Assembly: GCA_937965695.1 (NCBI GenBank)
Contig: CALCKW010000027.1
Span: 8,150 to 72,149, forward strand
Source: an uncultured Granulosicoccaceae bacterium
GTDB taxonomy: Bacteria > Pseudomonadota > Gammaproteobacteria > CALCKW01
Length of the DNA: 64,000 nucleotides
Reading direction: 5' to 3'
A program made the position numbers and the translations under genes. The notes under the pieces are model-generated. The model searched no databases and was not told where the DNA came from. It saw only the letters and a list, made by a program, of their open reading frames with translations. Shown in pieces: positions 52,890 through 62,230 of the stretch. How positions within the stretch are numbered: position 1 is the stretch's first letter; each line of letters opens with the position of its first letter.

Positions 52890-53207
52890 TCAGTCGGCTA
52901 CCGTTACAGCGGTACCGTAAACGTATATTTCGGCTGCACCCGCAGCAACAGAGGACGTAGAGAATCGCACATTAACCACTGCATTGGCTCCTAGCTGTGT
53001 CGCCTGTTGTTGCATCCGTTTTACCGCTTGCTCCCGAGACTCTTCAAGCAACTCTGTATACCCTCTGAGTTCACCACCAAAAATATTTTTTATACCTGCC
53101 ATAAAATCTCTTCCGGCGTGTTTCGTACGCACCGTACTTCCAGCCACAACTCCCTGACATGCAACGATTTGCTTTCCAGGAATCGTTTCTATATTTGTCA
53201 TCAACAC
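52890..53207 (-). CDS. YbjQ-family (UPF0145) protein
   Basis: GRDFMAGIKNIFGGELRGYTELL, GANAVVNVRF, YVYGTAV. Confidence 0.92.
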   Translation of the reverse strand: MLMTNIETIPGKQIVACQGVVAGSTVRTKHAGRDFMAGIKNIFGGELRGYTELLEESREQAVKRMQQQATQLGANAVVNVRFSTSSVAAGAAEIYVYGTAVTVAD

Positions 53208-53542
53208 GCGCTATCTCCCTCCTTAAAAACCTAAAACGGGCTAACCTAAAACCCTTATTCATTGGTGCACATCTAGACTATCCCACATCAACGCAGAACC
53301 GGCAAATAACCGCCTGACCGCACGTTTCATGAGCATAAGTATCTTGAGCATGTATTAGCTCGCTGCACGAATGTTCGTGGCTGCCGGTTGCCACATCCAT
53401 GGCAAGCGTCCACCTAAACGTTCGACCAACTGCCGCCCTGAATAAGACCGAATCCGCAGCACAGGGTCGCTACCGCGCAGGTCTGCAAATTGCCCTATTG
53501 AAAAACCATATTCACATTCTTACAAAAAGGGTTTTATTCAAT

Positions 53543-54445
53543 ATGCACTCTGATCCACGAGAGTTGGGACAATTTATTCCAGCGCACTATCACGCCAATA
53601 TGCTCAACGACGAAACACGCATGCGTGGTTTTCAAGAAGCGATTGATTACTTAGTTCCCGAGGGAGCTCGGGTGGTCGAGCTCGGTGGTGGCACTGGTGT
53701 GTTATCCCATTTTGCGGCACAACGAGCTTCGAAAGTATGGTGCGTTGAATTTAACCCAGATCTTATAAAAACGGCCAGCGTGTTGTTACCGCAAAATACT
53801 CGCGGTGACCGCATCGAGTTAGTCCATGCAAATGCCAACGACTGGCTCCCACCAGAGCCGGTAGATGTGGTGATCTGCGAAATGTTACACACCGGCCTTT
53901 TGCGAGAGCAGCAGGTAAACGTGATACATAATTTCAAGCAACGTTACACAGCACACTTTGGAGGTCCTCTACCGGCTTTTATTCCGGAGGCTTGCTTACA
54001 GGCAATCCAACCCATTGAACAAGACTTTGTCCATGAAGGTTTTTTTGCACCTTGCCTGCAGTTTCAATCACCGGTAACACAGCAAGCTCGGAGCCAAGAA
54101 AAAGGTCCACCTACTGTATTCCAAGCTTTTCGTTGGGATGAAAACATCCCCATGAACTGCTCCTTCGACAATGCCTTGCAGGTCGACCGAGATGGCCGCG
54201 TTAATGCAATAAGAGTCATCACTAAGAATTTATTAGCTATCGTAGAAGACCAGCAGCGAAGCATTGATTGGCACAACCAGTACCTGATTGTGCCGCTGCC
54301 TCAACCCATAGACGTTTGTGCTGGTGATAAGCTCGCCGTGTCATTCAGCTATGCGCCTGGAAGCCCACTAACTGCACTGACTCAGTCTCTAGATGTGCAG
54401 CGAATGGCTCAATATGCAAGCAACGCCCTCACTGCAGAAAACTGA
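53543..54445 (+). CDS. SAM-dependent methyltransferase, protein-arginine-methyltransferase-like
   Basis: MLNDETR, VVELGGGTG, WCVE, VDVVICEMLHTGLLRE. Start 53543 (MHSDP) preferred over 53399. Confidence 0.75.
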   Translation: MHSDPRELGQFIPAHYHANMLNDETRMRGFQEAIDYLVPEGARVVELGGGTGVLSHFAAQRASKVWCVEFNPDLIKTASVLLPQNTRGDRIELVHANANDWLPPEPVDVVICEMLHTGLLREQQVNVIHNFKQRYTAHFGGPLPAFIPEACLQAIQPIEQDFVHEGFFAPCLQFQSPVTQQARSQEKGPPTVFQAFRWDENIPMNCSFDNALQVDRDGRVNAIRVITKNLLAIVEDQQRSIDWHNQYLIVPLPQPIDVCAGDKLAVSFSYAPGSPLTALTQSLDVQRMAQYASNALTAEN

Positions 54446-54480
54446 TTTTGATCGTTGTGTTTTGTCTGCGGATGTTCCAG

Positions 54481-56100
54481 TCAAGGTCGACTGAACATCC
54501 CAACAATTCCGACTTCAACTTCTGCTTTGTCTAGAAGTGGTTTTAACAAAGTCATCACGCGCAGCGACGCGCGGCTGCCGTCTAATTTCTCCAAGGCTTT
54601 GATCAGTTGCGGCTGAGCTTTTTGAAAAACGAGCGCAATCATGTGGTCTTCGCCTAACGGTTCAGAGACTCGCAATGGCATAGACCACTGCCGCCGACCG
54701 TAGCGCACGGGATCACCATACTTAGTCAAAGGGTAAACTAGCTGCACCGTGCCGTCACCAGCTACGTTCAATACAATCAGAAAATCGCCAGACTGCTCTG
54801 AAAAAAAAGGTTCAATCCGAGTCCCAATGGTATGGCTAGACGAACTCGGCAAAAGGTCCGCGCGCAATAACTTTCGACGCGCAGCATTTTTTAACATCTC
54901 CATCGATACACGTTTCTCAAGTGCGCCACTCAGCGCCTTTTGTAACGTTTCCACGTTTGAACCCAAAAGCCCAGTGGCGACTAAGTCCCCTGCACTGGAC
55001 AACAAATCACCACTCTGGCTATGCAAAATAAAATCTGCATTTTTAACGCTCTGTACCCACTGCAAACCGACTATCGCACCGGCCAATTTTTGCTTTGAGC
55101 TGTCAGCTAGATCATAGCTGTAGACATGATGTTGGGTACGAACACCTACAACAGCTGGCCTTATGCTTTCACGCGTCAGTGCAACAACAGCTTGATTGGG
55201 TTGCGCTAAGGGACTCAATTCAGGTGTCTGCTGCCGTTCAGAAAGCAGGCTAACATTCTCTAAGATGTAGTGACGCAGCTCCGCGCGAGTAAGCACAAGA
55301 TCCCCGTCTGCATCGGCTTCACCTTCGAGGGCCCTGGCAAAAACAAAACTCAATGCACCGCGAGTGTCGGACTCTCCATCTACCGATTTAACAAATATTT
55401 CCGGGATTTCTTGGCTCTCCAGGCCCGCGCTTAAAAAAGTCAAATAGGGGAGATCCTGTTTATCTAACTTCGCCACTTGCGGTTCTATTTCTACCGTTAA
55501 CTCTGCTTCTAGTCCTTGTTCAAAGTCGATATCAACCAAACGGCTCTGCAGGGACTGAAAGCGGGGATCCGCAGCGCGCGTCATCGTTCCGGAGTGACAC
55601 GAGTCCGCTACAAAAAGTACCTGCACGCCCTTTCCTTCAGCAGCACTGAACCATTCGTACAGTTGATTATCTCGGATAATTTCGCGCTGACCTGCCCGGG
55701 TGTTCGCGTAGCCATTTAAAACAAAAACATCATCTAGCCCGTCAGCCTCAGACCCAACAACCGATTCTGGCACGCGGCTTCCGTGACCGGCATAGCTAAA
55801 AACAAGTGTGTCGCCGGGACTTGATCGCTCCAGCATTGCAAACCACTGCTGCTTTATAGCATTGTGGTTCGCCTGTTCATTCAACAGCACGGATACAACA
55901 CTATCAGGTAGTTTATCCAGACTGGCAGCGATATCGTTAGCATCGTTAACGGCACCTGCTAGTGGCGGTAGACTCTGATACTCGTTGACGCCCAGGACAA
56001 GAGCATGGATTCTGGCTTCAACGGCTGAAACCTTCAGACTAAAAAGTAGTATAAGCAATACCCGCCACGGGTTACTTATTTGCACTTTTGCACAAATCAA
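54481..56100 (-). CDS. Exported caspase-family (peptidase C14, metacaspase-like) protein with C-terminal DUF4384-like domain
   Basis: Signal peptide, ALVLGVNEY, LAGAVNDA, YAGHG, DSCHSG. C-terminal LIVLNVAGDGTVQLVYP..PLGEDHM. Confidence 0.88.
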   Translation of the reverse strand: MICAKVQISNPWRVLLILLFSLKVSAVEARIHALVLGVNEYQSLPPLAGAVNDANDIAASLDKLPDSVVSVLLNEQANHNAIKQQWFAMLERSSPGDTLVFSYAGHGSRVPESVVGSEADGLDDVFVLNGYANTRAGQREIIRDNQLYEWFSAAEGKGVQVLFVADSCHSGTMTRAADPRFQSLQSRLVDIDFEQGLEAELTVEIEPQVAKLDKQDLPYLTFLSAGLESQEIPEIFVKSVDGESDTRGALSFVFARALEGEADADGDLVLTRAELRHYILENVSLLSERQQTPELSPLAQPNQAVVALTRESIRPAVVGVRTQHHVYSYDLADSSKQKLAGAIVGLQWVQSVKNADFILHSQSGDLLSSAGDLVATGLLGSNVETLQKALSGALEKRVSMEMLKNAARRKLLRADLLPSSSSHTIGTRIEPFFSEQSGDFLIVLNVAGDGTVQLVYPLTKYGDPVRYGRRQWSMPLRVSEPLGEDHMIALVFQKAQPQLIKALEKLDGSRASLRVMTLLKPLLDKAEVEVGIVGMFSRP

Positions 56101-57032
56101 TGGGCGGGCGCCAATCTAATCAACTCAACTCGACGGTTGAGCTGCCAGCGTTGCTCAGTGCTGTAGGCTCCGGCACTGCTAAGAACCAAGGGCTGACTTT
56201 CGCCCCTTCCACTCGCTTGGACATCCAGCTGCAAGCCTTTTCCGAGTAACCACTGCTGCACTTTCTCAGCACGCGCTAAGGACAATGCCAAATTGTATTT
56301 TTCACTACCGCGCTCATCCGCATGTCCAATGATTTCTATCGCGCTAGTATTCTGATTCCGCAGTGCTAGAAACAGTGCCTCAGCGGCCTTAGCACCTTGT
56401 GGGCTAAAATCGGTACTGCCCGTTTTAAAGCTAATAGGCAAAGGCGCACGTTGCACGCTAAATCCACGCACCGTCTCAGCTAACACTCCGCTGGCAACAC
56501 CTCGCACTTGCGGTGGCGGCACAAACTCGTCGGCCAAAAGCAGCGATTCAGCAGCCAATTGATGAATGGATTCAATGGTTTTCTCAGAAGGCGCTGTTGG
56601 TGTTTCAAAACTATCGTCGATAAGCGCTAACGCTCGTTGAAGACGACGCGCCGCCAGGCCGTATCGACCAGCGCCATGATCTCGAGACCCTAAGAAGCTA
56701 AGCGCGCGCCAGGTAGGTGCAATTGTTTCAGAAAGCTCAAGCAGTTGATCAACGTCTGATTCCGCCATGTCAGCGTCAACGCCTTTGTAGGCCACGCTAA
56801 ACAATCTGTTGGCCGTGGCACGGCGGGCCTTATGTTTCTGTGTGGCACTGCAACGGTTACTGACATTGAATATCTCAAATGCTTTAGAGATGGCCGCTAC
56901 ATCAATTAAAGACGCCGCTTGGTTAAATGCTTTTAGCTGAGATTGGCAATCACTTGCTAGCACTTGCTTGTTTAACGACAACAACATCAGTGCACAGCTT
57001 AAAGCCAAAATCCTTGAGTTAAAGATGATCAC
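56097..57032 (-). CDS. Exported OmpA-C domain protein with N-terminal helical (TPR-like) region
   Basis: Signal peptide, ISFKTGS, IIGHADERGSEKYNLALSLARA, NRRVE. Confidence 0.85.
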   Translation of the reverse strand: MIIFNSRILALSCALMLLSLNKQVLASDCQSQLKAFNQAASLIDVAAISKAFEIFNVSNRCSATQKHKARRATANRLFSVAYKGVDADMAESDVDQLLELSETIAPTWRALSFLGSRDHGAGRYGLAARRLQRALALIDDSFETPTAPSEKTIESIHQLAAESLLLADEFVPPPQVRGVASGVLAETVRGFSVQRAPLPISFKTGSTDFSPQGAKAAEALFLALRNQNTSAIEIIGHADERGSEKYNLALSLARAEKVQQWLLGKGLQLDVQASGRGESQPLVLSSAGAYSTEQRWQLNRRVELIRLAPAH

Positions 57033-57949
57033 CCACCCTGCCCCAGCAAACCATTCGCCATTTCACAAAGAGCTACTCGGCTGTTTGGCAGTGGCTTCTT
57101 CAAGCGCAGTGTCAAAAAATGTTGCTTAGAAAAATCGTCTTCCATTAGGTCTTTTAAGGTTTCCGCCTGCTGCTGCCAAAAATCTTTATCCGAAGCATTT
57201 ACTTGGCAAGCAAGGGCTGTCACCAAGCTCCAGCTCCCGAGAGCTTGGTTGCGTATCGCTTGCTCAGAGCAATCGCCATCGGTACTTTCTTCGCAGCTGA
57301 TTATTTTTGGCAAAGCTTTTTGCCAATCGTTCCAACGCGGGTCACTGATATCAGTCACTTTAGCCGCCGCCGCTGACAACCCCAATTGAAACTGTCGCTT
57401 GTCGTGGTTCGTCGCGCTGGCATTCAATGACTGTATAGATTTAGTCATGCGGGCGAGAACAGGAGGAAACTCGGCACCCAGCAGCTGTTCTGCACTGCCG
57501 AGCTGTTGTTGAAAAGCCCTGGACGCTATGTCGGAGGAAGGAGAAAAAATCATTGGCACCATCACAACAGCAAATAATCCTGCCGCAACTGCAGCACCCC
57601 AGCCAGAACTTATATTTAGTGGAATACGTGAAATCAGCTTCCCCGCCCATGTGGAGGTCTCAGTAACGTCAGCAGAGCTGCCTGGCTTTGGTTGGTCTTC
57701 CCTAGGACCTGTTGCATCGAAATCGTTTAACCAGCGCTGCTCAGCACACAAATCTCGCCATTGGCCGTAACATAACTCGTCGTTCGCGACATAGCTGAGC
57801 ACTTCATCGGCCCGCTGCTCTCCCAATGTCCCTAGCCGCCATTGATCAATTTCATGCAGATCCGGCCGCTCGCCACGCACGGAGCCCTGCATAAGTTTTG
57901 AGGCCGCTTGGGCAAAAAGCCACGCTCGCCTTCGCGATTCGGTATTCAT
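57029..57949 (-). CDS. Putative single-pass anti-sigma-factor-like protein
   Basis: N-terminal RPDLHEIDQWRLGTLGEQRADEVLSYVANDELC resembles a degenerate zf-HC2/ZAS domain. One TM segment (WGAAVAAGLFAVVMVPMIF). Directly downstream of a sigma-like gene. Confidence 0.55.
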   Translation of the reverse strand: MNTESRRRAWLFAQAASKLMQGSVRGERPDLHEIDQWRLGTLGEQRADEVLSYVANDELCYGQWRDLCAEQRWLNDFDATGPREDQPKPGSSADVTETSTWAGKLISRIPLNISSGWGAAVAAGLFAVVMVPMIFSPSSDIASRAFQQQLGSAEQLLGAEFPPVLARMTKSIQSLNASATNHDKRQFQLGLSAAAAKVTDISDPRWNDWQKALPKIISCEESTDGDCSEQAIRNQALGSWSLVTALACQVNASDKDFWQQQAETLKDLMEDDFSKQHFLTLRLKKPLPNSRVALCEMANGLLGQGG

Positions 57950-58040
57950 ATTAAGTCCCTAGTGCCTGCCATTGAGCGGCATTTCAACTTCACCTTGTTG
58001 CTAACGTACGGCAAACGCGCCAATGACGGTTGACACAAGT

Positions 58041-58889
58041 TCACAGGGGAAAAATATCCAACATGACCGCCAGTACTTTTTTACGACGACTGCGAATCTG
58101 CGGCACGCTAAGACCTAAGTCTTCGGCGATTTCGCGCTCTGTTGGCTCTCGCTCACTGTCACACAGTACCCCCAACCCTCGACCTAAATAGGCATTCAAA
58201 ACCAATCGGTCGTGATCATCCAGACCTAATTCACTCCAAGATTCCTCCGCCAATTGGTGCATGCGTTGGCGGTCTACTTCACCACTGATTTCAGCAGCAC
58301 CAACCAGTGACTCGATGAAATGGCGCATTTGATCAAAAGCGACCTCATCTTCCGGCTGCAGTTGATCCGACCCCAGCCCTGCAAAAGGAGATACCGAATC
58401 CTCGTCATCGCTGCTCTCCCGCGCCATCTGTCGGTGCCATGGCGAGCATTCCTGTACTTCTTGCATTTGATCAAAAATGCTAACGGCCATAGCTTGCGCC
58501 GCTTCTATACTCGGCGCATCCCCAGGTACCCGCCCCAACTTTTTTGCTTGTTCGCTTACCCAAGCGTCTAACTCACTGCGCTTGCGCCCTTGCAAACAAA
58601 TAACCTTAAAAAGTTTTTTGCCTAACTCACCTAAATCATCAAGCCATTTTCGAGGCCTAGGAAAGCCGTGTCGCTCACGCACACAATCGGTGAGCGCATT
58701 TTTAAAAACAGAAAGTATTAACGCATCAGTAGCTTCAGCTTCCGCATAATCACTGAGCTTCATTGCCGTCATTGAAGCTGCGTCCTCAGCCAAGGTCTGG
58801 TAATCCTCCAGATGGCCGTACAAAGCGTTCGCCCTACCCAAAAAGCGATTCGACCACTGGCTGGAATACAGCTTTTCAATCCAATCCAT
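58041..58889 (-). CDS. Atypical ECF-like sigma-70 factor
   Basis: Sigma2-like AEDAASMTAMKL and SVFKNALTDCVR. Sigma4-like HTH LDDHDRLVL..EREIAEDLGLSVPQIRSRRKKVL. Start 58889 (MDWIEK) preferred. Confidence 0.6.
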   Translation of the reverse strand: MDWIEKLYSSQWSNRFLGRANALYGHLEDYQTLAEDAASMTAMKLSDYAEAEATDALILSVFKNALTDCVRERHGFPRPRKWLDDLGELGKKLFKVICLQGRKRSELDAWVSEQAKKLGRVPGDAPSIEAAQAMAVSIFDQMQEVQECSPWHRQMARESSDDEDSVSPFAGLGSDQLQPEDEVAFDQMRHFIESLVGAAEISGEVDRQRMHQLAEESWSELGLDDHDRLVLNAYLGRGLGVLCDSEREPTEREIAEDLGLSVPQIRSRRKKVLAVMLDIFPL

Positions 58890-59155
58890 TATCTGACACC
58901 GAAGATCCTTAAACACCGGCCTTGCGACAAGACCAATAGCAATCCACAAATCTAAGGGATCTTTGCATCACATGCAAAACAATTTGAGCAGTCATTAAAT
59001 GAATGCTGGCGCAGGTGGCCATATCAGCGCTCTGAACGACGGTTCGTGAACGTTGGCTTGGTCGAGGGCGTTTGTCTGGTCAAACAGCCTGCACGGTCTA
59101 GAGATAAACGCGATGGCTATTTACAAATAGCGGATAGCGGTGTGGACAACAAGCG

Positions 59156-60736
59156 CTAACGCATCACGACGTCTAGGGCAGGTTCAAAAATTTGGTCCAA
59201 GGCCCGATTCGTCGCTCTAGCCAATCCGGCTTCACCTTGGAAATAGTATTTTTTACTAAACGTTTCCGCGTTGCCCACAGAAAACACAAGCTGCAATTCT
59301 CCAGCTGAGTTGTCGTCACGCATACGAACCACCACGCCCATCATGCCTTGCTCGTCATGCGTCTGATAACGATAGACCTCTCGATCAATACCGTACTTAG
59401 AGCGTTTACGTTTTATCCAACCGCCGGAACTGCGTTCAGTGGTGAGCAGCTGGCCATCTAAGCCATGACTAGCGAGGCGATCAAACAGTTCTTTCTTCAC
59501 CGCCCCTGTGACTTCGCTTTCACTACTGAAATTGACTTCCCAGTGCATTGCAGCGCCCAATACTTTTGTCGGGGCAACTCCGACGCGAATACTGGCTTGC
59601 TGATTTTCAACGGTACTGACGTTGGCCGCTAAACCGAGTTCTGCGTCAACTAACGACTGCCGCAGTTGCAACGCAGAAGTGACAAAGCGGCCGTCGGGGT
59701 ATTTGCGCAAATATTCTTCGTAGCCGGCCACGCTTGGCTTTTCGAGTGCTTCCTGCCAGAACAATAACTCAGCACGGAGTTCGAAGTCACTGGCTATCGC
59801 CTCCGGTGAAGCGTCCTCCGGACTCACTGGCTGTAGCGGATTGACAAGTGAGCTAAAAACGACATCACCACGAGACAGGGCATAGTCGTTGATTTTGCCG
59901 TGCTGTGGCGTCTGACTCGCGAAGGGGACATTCTGAGTCAAATGCAGCCCCAATTCTGTGCTAGTCACGTATCCGTCACGGTTTAAGTCAGCCGCACCGG
60001 ACTCAAAAGAATCAACAAATGCCCGTGTGAACGCACTCTCAGCGGGGACTGTTTCATTGGCACTACCCGATGTAATGAAGTAGCGCACAGGCTTTTCCAA
60101 CAAACCTTCTAAAGAGCGGCCGCTGCTTGAAGCAAAGCCACGCGACTGGAAAATCGACCCTGAGAAGCAACTATCAAACACAAACATCGCATGCTTAGAT
60201 TGAATCTCCTTGGCCATTGCCATCACCCGATTCATCGACAAAGCCCTAGTAATAAAGCCGTGTTTATCACTGCTGTAGGGCGGTGCGTCTGCGGGTACCA
60301 GGTAGCCCATGGATTGTTGTTCTGAGAGCTGGATCGTCTCTCCGTGGCCAGCAAAATAGACCAACAGTCGATTATTTGGATCTCCCCCCTTATCGACAGC
60401 AAAATCACTCAAACTGCTCAGCAGCTCTTGGCTAGATACATTGCTTAGCGTCTCTACCTCAAACCCCTGGCGCTGTAACATACGCTCTACTGAGGCCAGC
60501 TCATGTGGGATGCTCGGTAACTTGTCCCATGCGGGGTGCGTGTATTCGCTGTTCCCAATAAGCAGCGCGTAGCTGGCACTGTAGTGATCTGACAACTGAG
60601 GGCCAACGGCACCCACACCCGCGATACGCGCAACGCCACGCGTTTCTACCCCAGCGGTAGCAAGGCTTGAAATGAAGTACAGAGCGGCAGCGAAAAGACA
60701 GATAAATCTTCGCCACAAAGTTACCCTAGCAATCAT
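59156..60736 (-). CDS. Exported caspase-family (peptidase C14) protein
   Basis: Signal peptide, YALLIGNSEY, YFAGHG, FDSCFSG, DLNRDGYVTSTEL, FWQ..Y..YLRKYPDGRF. Start 60736 (MIARV) preferred over 60775. Confidence 0.88.
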   Translation of the reverse strand: MIARVTLWRRFICLFAAALYFISSLATAGVETRGVARIAGVGAVGPQLSDHYSASYALLIGNSEYTHPAWDKLPSIPHELASVERMLQRQGFEVETLSNVSSQELLSSLSDFAVDKGGDPNNRLLVYFAGHGETIQLSEQQSMGYLVPADAPPYSSDKHGFITRALSMNRVMAMAKEIQSKHAMFVFDSCFSGSIFQSRGFASSSGRSLEGLLEKPVRYFITSGSANETVPAESAFTRAFVDSFESGAADLNRDGYVTSTELGLHLTQNVPFASQTPQHGKINDYALSRGDVVFSSLVNPLQPVSPEDASPEAIASDFELRAELLFWQEALEKPSVAGYEEYLRKYPDGRFVTSALQLRQSLVDAELGLAANVSTVENQQASIRVGVAPTKVLGAAMHWEVNFSSESEVTGAVKKELFDRLASHGLDGQLLTTERSSGGWIKRKRSKYGIDREVYRYQTHDEQGMMGVVVRMRDDNSAGELQLVFSVGNAETFSKKYYFQGEAGLARATNRALDQIFEPALDVVMR

Positions 60737-60768
60737 CGGCTCTTTCCAATCTGACTCGTGCGCTAAGT

Positions 60769-62145
60769 CTAACACCCAGAGGCTGCGCAGACAGTCAATA
60801 CGAGGGCACTCGCGTCGACGCTTTCATCGGGAGACAGCGCTAAGGCCTGCAAGCGTTCAAAGTCAGCGGTCTCCGGCCGCAGAAACACACCTAAAGGCTC
60901 GCCTCGCGCATCGCGTTGATGGCTTGACGCAAAGAGGTTTATTCGCTGCTGACTGACAACACTAACAATTAGCGAATCACCAAAAGGTCGACCAGCGGGC
61001 CACTCAAATCCTTTTTTGGGTAAATTAATCACCCCTGCCTCAAATTGATTATCGTGATGGTATTCATTGGGGAACAGCACGACTACCTGGTCATCCGAAT
61101 TAACCGCAACAATATTTAGATAACCTGCTGTAGGCATCTCCACTTCCAGTTCCAACAACTGACCTTGATCGTAATATTCGCGCGAGGGTTGCACTTGCAA
61201 TGGCGCACTGTGTTTGACCAGCGAAGACCAATCATCCCACGCTGGATGCAATTGTCTCGCTTGGCCAGCTTCTGCGACAAAAAGGCCTTTATCCTGCAAC
61301 AAAATCGGATCACCTATGAGGCTAGGATGAAATCGAAATTTTTGCGGCACACTGCTCATTACGGTTTTCTCCGCCGCAGCAATCAATTGAAAGGGATCGC
61401 CATTTCTGCCCTCTCTTACTGCCTGCTGTAGCGCAAGTGTGAAAACACTGCCTCGGTTTGTCGCCAGAGACTGTTCGCCGTCTTGTGCCGCCGCCAAAAA
61501 AACCATGCCCTCTACAGACTCGGCATCGGCAAACCCGGCCGCAGAGTCTGTTTGTGTTGAGCGGCAGCGTCGAGACTTAACGACGAATTCACCTTGGCCA
61601 TAAGCGCTCTGCGTCAATGAATGGCTGCGTACAGCCGTGCCACTACAACAGGCATCTACCACGACCGCAATACGCTCACTGGGGATGGCGGACAGCAATT
61701 GATTAAATTCATCATCGCGAAGAACACCCGAATATTCACCGTTCGAGAATGCCAGATTATGCATGGTCAAAACTTCATCAAAACCATCGCGTTCATCACC
61801 GTTTTGATCCGGCACTTGAGAACCGTGGCCGCTGTAATAGACAAGCACACGATCTTCAGCCGATATATCTTCGAGCAACCACGTGCTCATCACCTCGCGG
61901 ACATTTTCGCTAGTCACTTCCGAGTCACGCAATAAACGGATGTTTTCTTCCAAGTAGCCCATTTCAAGCGCCACCCCTTGCATAACTTTTAAATCTAGAG
62001 ATATACCCGGGAGGTTATTCTCTGCACTGGCGTACTCTCCTACCCCTATCAACAACGCTTTGTCAGCTGCAGCAACCGGCAACGCTAGGGTAATAGTCGC
62101 GGCAAAACTAGTTGCGATGATGCATCTAAGCACGCGAAGAAACAT
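60769..62145 (-). CDS. Exported metacaspase-like peptidase C14 with C-terminal DUF4384-like domain
   Basis: Signal peptide MFLRVLRC..VAAA, ALLIGVGEY, YYSGHG, DQNGDERDGFDE, DACCSG. C-terminal YLNIVAVNSDDQVVVLFPN..PFGDSL. Start 62145 or 62154 preferred over 62436. Confidence 0.88.
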   Translation of the reverse strand: MFLRVLRCIIATSFAATITLALPVAAADKALLIGVGEYASAENNLPGISLDLKVMQGVALEMGYLEENIRLLRDSEVTSENVREVMSTWLLEDISAEDRVLVYYSGHGSQVPDQNGDERDGFDEVLTMHNLAFSNGEYSGVLRDDEFNQLLSAIPSERIAVVVDACCSGTAVRSHSLTQSAYGQGEFVVKSRRCRSTQTDSAAGFADAESVEGMVFLAAAQDGEQSLATNRGSVFTLALQQAVREGRNGDPFQLIAAAEKTVMSSVPQKFRFHPSLIGDPILLQDKGLFVAEAGQARQLHPAWDDWSSLVKHSAPLQVQPSREYYDQGQLLELEVEMPTAGYLNIVAVNSDDQVVVLFPNEYHHDNQFEAGVINLPKKGFEWPAGRPFGDSLIVSVVSQQRINLFASSHQRDARGEPLGVFLRPETADFERLQALALSPDESVDASALVLTVCAASGC

Positions 62146-62230
62146 GGTGTGCATCCTTAATTTTGGTAATACATGCCGTGGAAGTGCCTGCGATGCGAAA
62201 CGCAACGCAGGTGCCGCGATCATTTTTTTC

